Assembly (NCBI GenBank): GCA_018829335.1
Contig: JAHJUD010000046.1
Location: forward strand, 1-49,032
Source of the DNA: Candidatus Micrarchaeota archaeon
GTDB lineage: Archaea > Iainarchaeota > Iainarchaeia > Iainarchaeales > 1-14-0-10-31-34
Length of the DNA stretch: 49,032 bases
Direction: 5' to 3'
Shown: in pieces, positions 34,056 through 42,420 of the stretch
Layout of the letters: the number at the start of each line of letters is the position of its first letter
Numbering within the stretch: the stretch's first letter is position 1
Made by a program: the position numbers and the translations under genes
Notes under the pieces: generated by a model
The model's input: only the letters and a program-made list of their open reading frames with translations
The model's database searches: none
What the model was told of the DNA's origin: nothing

Positions 34056-34991
34056 ATGAGTTATATTGAAAAGAAAGAAAAAAACAGAGAAACATACTGT
34101 TATTTTGTGAAGAAATTCTCGTTTATGGGCAAACAGCATAAAATAAGCAAGTATATGGGAAAAAACCCGTTAGTTTCAAAAGAAGAATACCTGCAGAAGA
34201 ACCTTGAAAGGATAACAGAACAGGAACATGAATTAAAAAAACCATTTCTTCCAAAAGAACTTGCATTTGAAAGATTACTCGAAAAAACAGAAAAGCATGC
34301 AATCTATTTAAACAATTTAATGGAAGCAAAACAAAACAAGTTAGTTGTCGAAAAACAAATAGTTAAAGAATTTGTATTTAATTCAAATAACATTGAAGGC
34401 TCAAAACTGCCAAAAAAAGAACTGGAAAAAATATTTGAAAACAGGAAAAGCTCTTATGCAAACAAAAACGAAATACTGGAAGCAGAAAATTCAATCAAGG
34501 CATTTAAGTACCTGAAAGACGAATTTTATTTTTCTTTGCCTCAAATAAAAAAGCTTTACAAAATTCTCACTAAAAGCTTAGTAATGGAAACAGGCGATCA
34601 TTACCCAAAAGGATTCAGGAAAACAGAACTAGTAGTAGGAAACGAAAAAACAATTGAACCAGAACAAATTAAACCGGAACTGAAAAAACTGCTTGACTGG
34701 CATAAAAAAAACAAGAAAAGTTATCCATTAAAGCTTGCTTTTGATTTTCATTCAAGATATGAAACCATTCACCCTTTCCGTGATGCAAACGGGAGAACCG
34801 GAAGGCTGATAACGAACAAAATATTAATGCAAAACAAGTATCCTTTAATGATTGTATTCAAAGACAACAAAAAAGCTTACTTTAATGCAATAAAAAAAGC
34901 AAGAGAAAACAAAAACAAAGAATACTATCATTTCATGCTAAACCAGCAGCTAAAATCATATAAATTAACAAAAAGAATCTCAGAACAATAA
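34056..34991 (+). CDS. fic: Fic-domain protein (AMPylase family) with intramolecular inhibitory motif
   Basis: Fic motif HPFRDANGRTGR (34770-34805). An upstream SNNIEG (34383-34400) fits the (S/T)xxxE(G/N) inhibitory helix. The track start is a TTG at 34050. Confidence 0.85.
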   Translation: MSYIEKKEKNRETYCYFVKKFSFMGKQHKISKYMGKNPLVSKEEYLQKNLERITEQEHELKKPFLPKELAFERLLEKTEKHAIYLNNLMEAKQNKLVVEKQIVKEFVFNSNNIEGSKLPKKELEKIFENRKSSYANKNEILEAENSIKAFKYLKDEFYFSLPQIKKLYKILTKSLVMETGDHYPKGFRKTELVVGNEKTIEPEQIKPELKKLLDWHKKNKKSYPLKLAFDFHSRYETIHPFRDANGRTGRLITNKILMQNKYPLMIVFKDNKKAYFNAIKKARENKNKEYYHFMLNQQLKSYKLTKRISEQ

Positions 34992-34998
34992 AAAAATT

Positions 34999-35072
34999 AA
35001 TTTATGGCAGGAAAAATGGTTCGGCGAAATATTCATTAGCTTAAGAGAAGCAGAAAAAGAATAAGCCAAACA
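34999..35072 (+). repeat. att-like repeat copy C (displaced original scpA 3' end; core at 35027-35043)
   Basis: In the scpA frame it reads INLWQEKWFGEIFISLREAEKE-stop. Its left half matches copy A and its right half matches copy B. Confidence 0.75.
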
Positions 35073-35267
35073 CTTGATTGCAAAAACTATTGTGTGTTTA
35101 GTTCTGACAGCTGTTTTTGCTGTATTGCTATACAAAATTCTCAAAAAACAAAAAATAAAATAACTGATGCAATTACAACTGAGCCAAAAAAGACAATTAA
35201 TTTTTCGTTTTCAAACTGAAACTTCATTTAAATCACAATAAAATAACTCTATTGAAGTATAAAAAAC

Positions 35268-37640
35268 TTATGTTTCCCTTAAATAGCCCCAGTTATGCAG
35301 CCTGTCAGAGTCTTCAAACCATCGGTCTCCAATATCTTTCCTGTAATACATATGGGGAATTATTATATTCTTTATTTTAGAATAAACTTGTTGTTGAGCC
35401 TGTTTCATTGTCTGGCCTGAACCACAAACAATAAGAATTACTCCGGAATTTCCTGTTACAACCCACTCACCATTAACTAATTTAACGTCTTCAATGTGAA
35501 CGCTTTCAGTTCCTTTCTTGAAAAAAATAACTGAATCCTTTGATTTAACCTCAAAAGTTTCAGGGTCATCAAAAGGAAAAGGAGGAACAACAATTCTTAC
35601 CCCAATCTGAAAACCATTATGAACTTTAAGTTTAGGGTTTTCTCCTTTAGCTAAATCAAACAAAAACTGGCCAATAGGAGTAATCATTGCATGCTCTTGA
35701 ATGCTAATAGTAGGATAACCAAAACGGGAAGTAAACTCTAAAGGATAAATTCCATAATTATTAACCATACAATTAATGTCAATATAACCAACAAAATTTT
35801 CTTTAGCTAAAGTTCCCTCAAACTTCTTTAAAGTGTTATTGAATATTTTGTTTGGCACACTCCAAAACATCGCTGTATTGCCGCACCAGCAGGGCTTTCC
35901 GTTTCTTCTGACAAACATTATGTGGTTTTTTACTGTAGCACAATAAACTTTTCCTTTGTATTCAGTTTTTTTTATGTCTTTTTTATCAATCCAGGACTCA
36001 AGTTTTTTTACTCTTTCATGGACTTCAAACTGAATTCTGGAAGAATCAGCAAAATGGTCAACTATCCAAGTCTTGTCATTTCTTTTTCTTTCCTTTATTA
36101 TTCCCACTCTTCCGATTTTTAACAGCAATTCCTGAATGCCGTCAGCAAGCATTTTAGATGAAGTATAAAAAATCCTGTAACCTTTCATTTGTGTTCCGTC
36201 ACCTAAAGCAAACCATTCAAGAAAAACAGAAATCTGTCTTGGCCTTAAACTCTTAACAAATTCCGGAACAAATTTTTGGGGGGCTTTTCCAAAAACACTA
36301 AAATAAGAAGAAAGCTGTTTATCGTAAATATTAAACCCTGAATCAGTTTCAGAAAACTTAAAATCAAGTTTTTCAAGAAGAGATTTAATTTTATTATAAA
36401 ACTCCTTTTTTTTGCTCTGAGAAATATTTACTTTGTTGTTTGACGCACTTCCTTCAGCAATATAAATTCCCATGAAAGCAAGCCAGTCATCCATCAAAAT
36501 TTTTATTTCACCTGTTTCATGCAATACAACCTGTCTTCCTTCATAATGTCCTAACTGAACTGACGGAATAATAAAATATTCTTCTTCTGTTCCAATCCAT
36601 TTGCCTGTTCTTTTAATTACTGACTGGTATTCCAAATCTTTTGCCTTGACAAAATTAAAAGAATTTTTTTTATTTCTTGCATTCCACTGGCCTGAAACAT
36701 ACATATTATGGTCAGGTGTAACCATTAAATCAAGAGTCTGGTTTTTAATTGAAATTAATTCATTATGATGATCAAAAACAACAATTTCTTCCGGTGCATT
36801 AAATTCAATTACATCATTTTCAGGATTTAAAGTGCAAATTTTGTCTTCATAATTCAATTCCCTGAAAAACTTCCAGCCCATTTCAGTCAAGACTTCTGTT
36901 TCTTCATCATAGCAGCCCATTTCTCCTGTGGAAGGCCCTAAATTTCCAGGAAAAAGTTTTTTGTGTTCAAAGTTTACATTAATTGGATAAATAAATTCTT
37001 TTCCATTAAAGAAAGCGCCAACAGCAATTTCCACTCCATTAACTCTTTTCTGTAACTGAAACAAAGGAATCTTTTTTGACCACGCCTTATTGTAATCGCT
37101 TAAAACCTGAATAACATCTTTTCCGTCGTCTTCTTCTCCAATAAACAAAAGCCCTTTAATATTTTGTGCTTCACCGCTTGGCTTAATGACATATTGCCCT
37201 GGATTTGCCTTTACAAAATCAATTGCTTCCTCAAAAGAAGTAAAATCCCTGTAAGGCAAAATAGGAACTCCGTGCTTTTTCAATTCTTCTTGGCCAAAAG
37301 CCCTGTCATCTTCAAGCATGTCAGTATAAGGGGTTCCGCCAACAACAAGTTTTCCTGCATCCCTTAATTTTTTTGCTTTAGTGCCATGGCCTAAAACATC
37401 ATCAAAAATTATTACATCAGCCCAGTCAACTTCTTTTTCCCAGTCGTCAACTTTCGGCACAAAACCATCTGCAACTTCCGCGTCTTCAGGGTTTTCAACA
37501 AAAAGCTTTGCATTATGGCCTTCTTTTACAACATGCCATGCAATGTCGGCAATTAAGGCATCAATTGAAACAAACAAAAAATTTTTTGGTTCAAAACCAT
37601 TTTTTAAGTTTGAATTGTTCTTTGAATTTTTTTGTTCCAT
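35268..37640 (-). CDS. purD: Phosphoribosylamine-glycine ligase (PurD-like ATP-grasp) interrupted by an intein
   Basis: The exteins are 242 + 202 aa. The N-extein ends GPSTGEMG and the C-extein starts TAMFW, compared with the PurD motif GPNTGGMGAYSP. Confidence 0.75.
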   Translation of the reverse strand: MEQKNSKNNSNLKNGFEPKNFLFVSIDALIADIAWHVVKEGHNAKLFVENPEDAEVADGFVPKVDDWEKEVDWADVIIFDDVLGHGTKAKKLRDAGKLVVGGTPYTDMLEDDRAFGQEELKKHGVPILPYRDFTSFEEAIDFVKANPGQYVIKPSGEAQNIKGLLFIGEEDDGKDVIQVLSDYNKAWSKKIPLFQLQKRVNGVEIAVGAFFNGKEFIYPINVNFEHKKLFPGNLGPSTGEMGCYDEETEVLTEMGWKFFRELNYEDKICTLNPENDVIEFNAPEEIVVFDHHNELISIKNQTLDLMVTPDHNMYVSGQWNARNKKNSFNFVKAKDLEYQSVIKRTGKWIGTEEEYFIIPSVQLGHYEGRQVVLHETGEIKILMDDWLAFMGIYIAEGSASNNKVNISQSKKKEFYNKIKSLLEKLDFKFSETDSGFNIYDKQLSSYFSVFGKAPQKFVPEFVKSLRPRQISVFLEWFALGDGTQMKGYRIFYTSSKMLADGIQELLLKIGRVGIIKERKRNDKTWIVDHFADSSRIQFEVHERVKKLESWIDKKDIKKTEYKGKVYCATVKNHIMFVRRNGKPCWCGNTAMFWSVPNKIFNNTLKKFEGTLAKENFVGYIDINCMVNNYGIYPLEFTSRFGYPTISIQEHAMITPIGQFLFDLAKGENPKLKVHNGFQIGVRIVVPPFPFDDPETFEVKSKDSVIFFKKGTESVHIEDVKLVNGEWVVTGNSGVILIVCGSGQTMKQAQQQVYSKIKNIIIPHMYYRKDIGDRWFEDSDRLHNWGYLRET
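35877..36914 (-). mobile_element. 346-aa intein with LAGLIDADG homing-endonuclease domain
   Basis: Cys1 in CYDEETEVLTEMG (block A), VTPDH (block B, TxxH), LAGLIDADG motifs LAFMGIYIAEGSA and FLEWFALGDGT, and a C-terminal ...CWCGN followed by Thr +1. Codon positions were checked on the sequence. Confidence 0.85.
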
Positions 37641-37781
37641 AAAATATCAGTGAAAAAAAAATAATTTCTCCAAAAATATATTAGATTAGTTCAGTTTAAA
37701 AACTTTATCTGAAAAAAAAGATTTTTTGGGAAAAATGGATTGAGATAAACCTTTTAAAGCTTTTTTAACAATTGTTAATTA

Positions 37782-38099
37782 ATGGCATTGAAATTTCCCT
37801 GTGAGATAATCGGATGGACTGTATTGCCTTCAATTAGAAGAGAATTAACCCTTTATTTAGTGGAAGAAAAAAAAATTGAAAGGAAAAAAGTCTGTAACAT
37901 TTTAGACCTTACACCTGCTGCTTTATCACAGTATCTTAAAGGCAAAAGAGGAAAAGGAGTTAACTTAACAAGAAAACAAAAAGAAAAAATCCATAAAATG
38001 GCTGACTCGCTTTTCAAAGGAAAAAAAAGCAGAAAAAAGTTTATTTTAAAGGCATGTGAAGTATGCAAAATTATGAGGAAAGGAAGTGTATGCAATTGA
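37782..38099 (+). CDS. Small HTH transcriptional regulator with Cys cluster
   Basis: 105 aa with an HTH segment KKVCNILDLTPAALSQYLKGKRG, an N-terminal PCE and a C-terminal CEVCKIMRKGSVC. Its end overlaps the iscS start. Confidence 0.6.
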   Translation: MALKFPCEIIGWTVLPSIRRELTLYLVEEKKIERKKVCNILDLTPAALSQYLKGKRGKGVNLTRKQKEKIHKMADSLFKGKKSRKKFILKACEVCKIMRKGSVCN

Positions 38100-39244
38100 A
38101 AAAAATTTATCTGGATAATGCTGCAACAACTCAAGTTGATGAAAGAGTGCTGGAAGAAATGCAAAGGGTTTTTCTGGAAAATTACGGCAATGCATCTTCA
38201 CTTCATTCTTTTGGGCAGAATGCATTAGAAGAAATGGAAAAATCAAGGGAAAAGATTGCCAGAATCCTTGGCGCAAAGCCAAAAGAAATTTATTTTACCA
38301 GCGGAGGCACTGAATCAAATAATGCAGCAATAAAAGGAATAATGAATTTAAATGAAAAAAATAAATTAATTGTATCCTCAATTGAACATCCATCCATAAT
38401 CAAAACCGCAGAATATCTAAAAGAAAAAGGAAAAAAAGTTTTTTTTGCTCAGGTAAATGAAAAAGGGATAATCAAAATCGATGAATTAGAAAAACAAATT
38501 GATTCAAACACTTCTTTGATTTCAGTAATGCACTCAAACAATGAAATCGGTTCAATCCAGCCAATAAAAGAAATTGCTGAAATGTGTGAAACAAAAAAAG
38601 TTTTGTTTCATTCTGATATCGTTCAATCAACTGCAAAAATAAAAATTGATTTAAATAAACTGAACTTGAATCTGGCTTCAGTTTCAGGCCACAAATTTTA
38701 TGGACCAAAAGGAGTCGGCTTGCTTTTTGTCAAAGAAGGCACTAAAATTGAGCCTTTAATTCATGGAGGCGGCCAGGAAAAAAAAATCAGAAGCGGAACA
38801 GAAAACATTCCAGGAATAGTTGGCTTGGCTAAAGCATTAGAGCTTACAGAAGAAAACAGGGAACAAGAAATGAATAGGCAGGAAAAATTAAGGGATAAAC
38901 TGATTAAAGGCTTAAATGAAATAAAAAAATCTAAGTTAAACGGCCATGAAACAAAAAGGCTGGCAAACAACGTGAATTTTTCTTTTTTTGGAGTTGAAGG
39001 AGAAGCATTGATTACCTTGCTTGACTTTGAAGGAATCCAAGCTTCAACTGGTTCAGCTTGTTCAAGCAAAAACCTGAAAATAAGCCATGTATTAGAGGCA
39101 ATTGGATTAGACCATATATGGGCTCATGGCTCTTTAAGGCTTTCATTAGGAAAAAACAATACAGAAAAAGAAATTGATTATACTTTAGAAAAAATTCCTT
39201 TAGTGGTTGAAAAATTAAGGAAAATGAGTTCAGTGAAAATTTAA
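38090..39244 (+). CDS. iscS: Cysteine desulfurase (IscS/NifS class V aminotransferase)
   Basis: Contains YLDNAATT, FTSGGTESNN, SGHKFYGPKG (PLP Lys) and SSGSACSS (active Cys). The ATG at 38090 behind GAGGAAAGGAAG is preferred over the track start at 38063. Confidence 0.88.
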   Translation: MQLKKIYLDNAATTQVDERVLEEMQRVFLENYGNASSLHSFGQNALEEMEKSREKIARILGAKPKEIYFTSGGTESNNAAIKGIMNLNEKNKLIVSSIEHPSIIKTAEYLKEKGKKVFFAQVNEKGIIKIDELEKQIDSNTSLISVMHSNNEIGSIQPIKEIAEMCETKKVLFHSDIVQSTAKIKIDLNKLNLNLASVSGHKFYGPKGVGLLFVKEGTKIEPLIHGGGQEKKIRSGTENIPGIVGLAKALELTEENREQEMNRQEKLRDKLIKGLNEIKKSKLNGHETKRLANNVNFSFFGVEGEALITLLDFEGIQASTGSACSSKNLKISHVLEAIGLDHIWAHGSLRLSLGKNNTEKEIDYTLEKIPLVVEKLRKMSSVKI

Positions 39245-39351
39245 AAAAAAGAACAATTAAAAAATAAATGAAAAAAAGAGAAAAATAAGAAAATGAAGAA
39301 AACTGAAAAAATTATTCAAAAAAATATTTAAAATGTTAAGAGGAGAAAAAA

Positions 39352-39723
39352 ATGTATTCAAAGAAAGTAATGGAAGAATTCAAGAACCCGAAAAACATCG
39401 GCAAAATTGAAGACCCTGATGCAGTAGGCGAAGTGGGAAACCCCATATGTGGAGACATGATGAAAGTTTACCTCAAAATAAAAGACAACAAAATAATTGA
39501 CGTTAAAGTTGAAACATTCGGCTGTGTCAGTGCAATTGCAACTTCATCTAAAGCAACTGAAATGGTTAAAGGAAAAACTTTAGAGGACGCAATGAAACTG
39601 ACTGAAAAAGAAGTTGCAGATGAATTAGACGGACTGCCTCCAATAAAATTTCATTGCTCTGTCCTTGCAGTAAAAGGAATAAAAAAAGCAATAGAAAACT
39701 ACAGGGAAAAACAGAAAAAATAA
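39352..39723 (+). CDS. iscU: Fe-S cluster scaffold protein IscU/NifU-like
   Basis: GNPICGDMM, FGCVSAIATSS and FHCSVLA provide the three conserved Cys. There is an AGGAG SD. Confidence 0.9.
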   Translation: MYSKKVMEEFKNPKNIGKIEDPDAVGEVGNPICGDMMKVYLKIKDNKIIDVKVETFGCVSAIATSSKATEMVKGKTLEDAMKLTEKEVADELDGLPPIKFHCSVLAVKGIKKAIENYREKQKK

Positions 39724-39770
39724 TTTAACTTTCAATTAAATATTTTTCGGAGTTATTGTTTAGTGATTGC

Positions 39771-40568
39771 ATGGATGACACAAAAGAAAACACAGACGAA
39801 TTAAACAAAGAATTAAATAAAGAATTAAATGCCGACTTAAACAAGCCAGTTGATGTCATTGAAGAAAAAGTAGAAGAAGACATCCAGAAAATAGAAAAAG
39901 AAACAGAAGAAAAAAAAGAACATGAAAATAAAACAACAGAAAACAATGAAAATGAAAAAGAAGAACAAAAAATAAATGAAAAAAAAGAGGATGCTGAAAA
40001 AAATGAAAACAAACTAATCGGACAAGAAACCCAAAAAAAAGAAAAGCCTGAAAAAGATTATTTTAAGGAAGAAAAAAGAATTGAAAAATTAAGGCAGTTA
40101 GTTGAAGCTACACTTTTTATGTCTCCTCAGCCAATTTCCTTGCAGGAAATTGCAAGAATTTCAGGAACAGGAGACCTTGAATTAATTTCTGAATTAATTG
40201 AAGCATTAAGAAAAGACTTAATTGAAAGAAAAAGCGGAATTGAAATTGTAAGGGAAACAGAAGGATACAGAATGCAGGTGTTAAGCGAACTAGAAGTAAA
40301 AGTTTCTCATTTAGCAGGGCCAACAAGATTCTCTAAAGGAGTAATGAAAACTTTGGCTTATATTGCATTTAAGCAGCCTGTAAAGCAGTCAACTATAGTA
40401 AAATTCAGAACAAACAAGGCATATGATGAAATAAAGATTTTAGAAGAACAGGGATTTATTTCAAAAGAAAAAGCAGGAATAACTTTTGTGATTAAAACAA
40501 CAAAAAAATTCCTTGAGTATTTCGGAGACAATGCAATAAAATTAATCAAAAACCCTGACTTTGAATAA
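39771..40568 (+). CDS. scpB: Segregation and condensation protein B with about 105-aa low-complexity N-terminal extension
   Basis: ScpB core LVEATLFMSPQPISLQEIA... plus a second winged-helix region. The N-terminus is E/K/N-rich with an ELNKELNKELNADLNK repeat. Confidence 0.75.
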   Translation: MDDTKENTDELNKELNKELNADLNKPVDVIEEKVEEDIQKIEKETEEKKEHENKTTENNENEKEEQKINEKKEDAEKNENKLIGQETQKKEKPEKDYFKEEKRIEKLRQLVEATLFMSPQPISLQEIARISGTGDLELISELIEALRKDLIERKSGIEIVRETEGYRMQVLSELEVKVSHLAGPTRFSKGVMKTLAYIAFKQPVKQSTIVKFRTNKAYDEIKILEEQGFISKEKAGITFVIKTTKKFLEYFGDNAIKLIKNPDFE

Positions 40569-40608
40569 CTATTTTTAATGAAAGCAAAAAAACCTGAAAC
40601 TGAATAAA

Positions 40609-41106
40609 TTATTTTTTCCTGAAAGTCAATTCAAAGAAAGCATTCTTAAAATTCGAAGAAAAACTTTTAGGGTTAATTTTTTCTTTTAAGAAAATTTTTC
40701 TTTTAAAAGTGTGTTTTGGCGCCATGACAACAACACTGGATTCAGTTACATCAACTTTCAGTTCTTTTCTTGAAATCCTTTTAGGCAGTTCAAAAGAAAC
40801 AACAATTTCTTCTTTAAAGTAATGTGCTTCAGCCAGAGGATTAGATAAGTTTTCAGGAACAATCTCTTTTTCAATTTCTTTTTCGTCTATTTCGTTTATT
40901 TCTTCTATTATTGGAAGGTCTTCTGAATTAAAATTTATTGTAAACCCCATCACAAAAGGCTGTTTTTCTGCAGGAACTTTTTCCATCATTGAATCCATTA
41001 ACTGGTCAATCATTTCTTCTACTTTATTCATATCCATAGAAAACTTAATTACTTTTTTTTCTTTATCCTGCACAAACACCAACTCTCTGATCAAAAAATA
41101 GTTCAT
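40609..41106 (-). CDS. Hsp20/alpha-crystallin-like small heat-shock protein
   Basis: C-terminal pattern VVSFELPKRISRKELKVDVTESSVVVMA...RKIFLKEKINPKSFSSNFKNAFFELTFRK. Confidence 0.5.
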   Translation of the reverse strand: MNYFLIRELVFVQDKEKKVIKFSMDMNKVEEMIDQLMDSMMEKVPAEKQPFVMGFTINFNSEDLPIIEEINEIDEKEIEKEIVPENLSNPLAEAHYFKEEIVVSFELPKRISRKELKVDVTESSVVVMAPKHTFKRKIFLKEKINPKSFSSNFKNAFFELTFRKK

Positions 41107-41161
41107 CAGATTTTTAAAGGTAATTTTTTATGCAAGGGTTTTTATAATTTCCTCTTGTTCT

Positions 41162-41812
41162 TCAAAATAGTTTTTTTTGAAACTTTTTATTCAAAGCCCT
41201 CTGGGAAGTATCCCAAGAACTTCTTGCAAAATCAGGCAGGCAATCATTGCATTCCATCCAAGAACTCAAAAATTTTACTGTAACTTCATCTCCAGGATAG
41301 CCTGAACCAATTTCTCCGAATTTTTCTGCCAGCTTTTTTATTTCAAAATCCCTTTCAACTTTTGCAATAATTGATGCAGCAGAAACAATAGGATAATTCA
41401 AGTCAGCTTTATGTTCTGATTTAATAATGCAGTCAAAAGAAAGGTATTTTTTTATTCTAACAGAAAAATTTTCCTGTTTGTTATCAGGGGAGTCAACAAA
41501 AACAATTTCAGGTTTTTCTTTTAGCGAATTCAATAACAGGCCAATACGCATTGCTTCAATTTCATTCAAGGATTTTCTGTCCCTTAAAACATCAATTTCT
41601 TTTGGGTTAACATGAACTGAATTAAATTCCTGTACAATGCTTTTAATCTGAAAAAACTGCCTTTCCCTTTCTTTTGGGCTTAAAAGCTTTGAGTCTTTTA
41701 CGCCTAACTCTGACAGTTTTTCTTCGTCTTTTTTGTGGATAGAACAAACTGCCAAAACCATTGGGCCAAAAACAGGGCCCCTTCCTGCCTCGTCAATTCC
41801 TGCAATAAGCAT
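41162..41812 (-). CDS. rnhB: Ribonuclease HII
   Basis: MLIAGIDEAGRGP..., FVDSPD and SAASIIAKV. The ATG at 41812 is preferred over the track start at 41830. Confidence 0.88.
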   Translation of the reverse strand: MLIAGIDEAGRGPVFGPMVLAVCSIHKKDEEKLSELGVKDSKLLSPKERERQFFQIKSIVQEFNSVHVNPKEIDVLRDRKSLNEIEAMRIGLLLNSLKEKPEIVFVDSPDNKQENFSVRIKKYLSFDCIIKSEHKADLNYPIVSAASIIAKVERDFEIKKLAEKFGEIGSGYPGDEVTVKFLSSWMECNDCLPDFARSSWDTSQRALNKKFQKKLF

Positions 41813-41909
41813 AAATAAAAGAAAAAGCATGAAAAGTTTAAGAGGTTAATGTGAAGTTAGTCAATAAACGAACACAAGGCTTTTTATATTACGCTAACAA
41901 AAATATTAT

Positions 41910-42137
41910 ATGAGGAAAAAAATGCAAAAAAAATTTTCAGCTGTAATAACAAGAGAAGAGAAATGGTTTGTTTCTTACTGCCCTGAATTAGGTGTTGCAT
42001 CACAAGGAAAAACAAAAACAACTGCTTTAAAGAATTTAAAAGAAGCAGTTGAACTTTATCTGGAAGAAGATCCTATTAGAATTCCTGTTTTAAGGGAAGT
42101 AACTGAATTCAAAGCCAAGGTAATGGCAGATGCCTAA
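41910..42137 (+). CDS. hicB: HicB-family antitoxin
   Basis: 75 aa reading FSAVITREEKWFVSYCPELGVASQGKTKTTALKNLKEAVELYLEE (UPF0150/HicB fold pattern). It overlaps hicA by 8 nt. Confidence 0.75.
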   Translation: MRKKMQKKFSAVITREEKWFVSYCPELGVASQGKTKTTALKNLKEAVELYLEEDPIRIPVLREVTEFKAKVMADA

Positions 42138-42348
42138 AACTGTTTCTGGACTAAAACTAGTAAAATTCCTGAAAAAGAAAGGATTTGAAATTTACAGCAG
42201 AAAAGGCTCTCATGTAAAAATGATTTCAATTGAAAGGAACACAAAAACAATAATCCCAATGCACAAAGAAATTGCCGTTGGAACCCTTAACAGTATTTTA
42301 AAACAGGCAGAATTAAGTGAAGAAGAAATAAAGGAATTATTAGAGTAA
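42130..42348 (+). CDS. hicA: HicA-family mRNA interferase toxin
   Basis: 72 aa reading SGLKLVKFLKKKGFEIYSRKGSHVKM...IIPMHKEIAVGTLNSILKQA (YcfA/HicA pattern with a conserved His). Confidence 0.8.
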   Translation: MPKTVSGLKLVKFLKKKGFEIYSRKGSHVKMISIERNTKTIIPMHKEIAVGTLNSILKQAELSEEEIKELLE

Positions 42349-42420
42349 AAAGTTTAGTTTAAAAGTGTTGCGATATACAAAATTTTGAATACTGATTTTA
42401 TTTTTAGGAGAAAAGATAAG

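Larger units (their letters stand above)
32321..35043 (+). mobile_element. Two tandem integrated cassettes at the scpA 3' end (cassette 1: 32338-33602; cassette 2: 33620-35026); no integrase present
   Basis: There are three copies of a 17-nt core with a duplicated gene end. Cassette 1 looks GC-richer in hand counts. The cargo is typical of accessory islands (protease operon, Fic). Confidence 0.6.
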
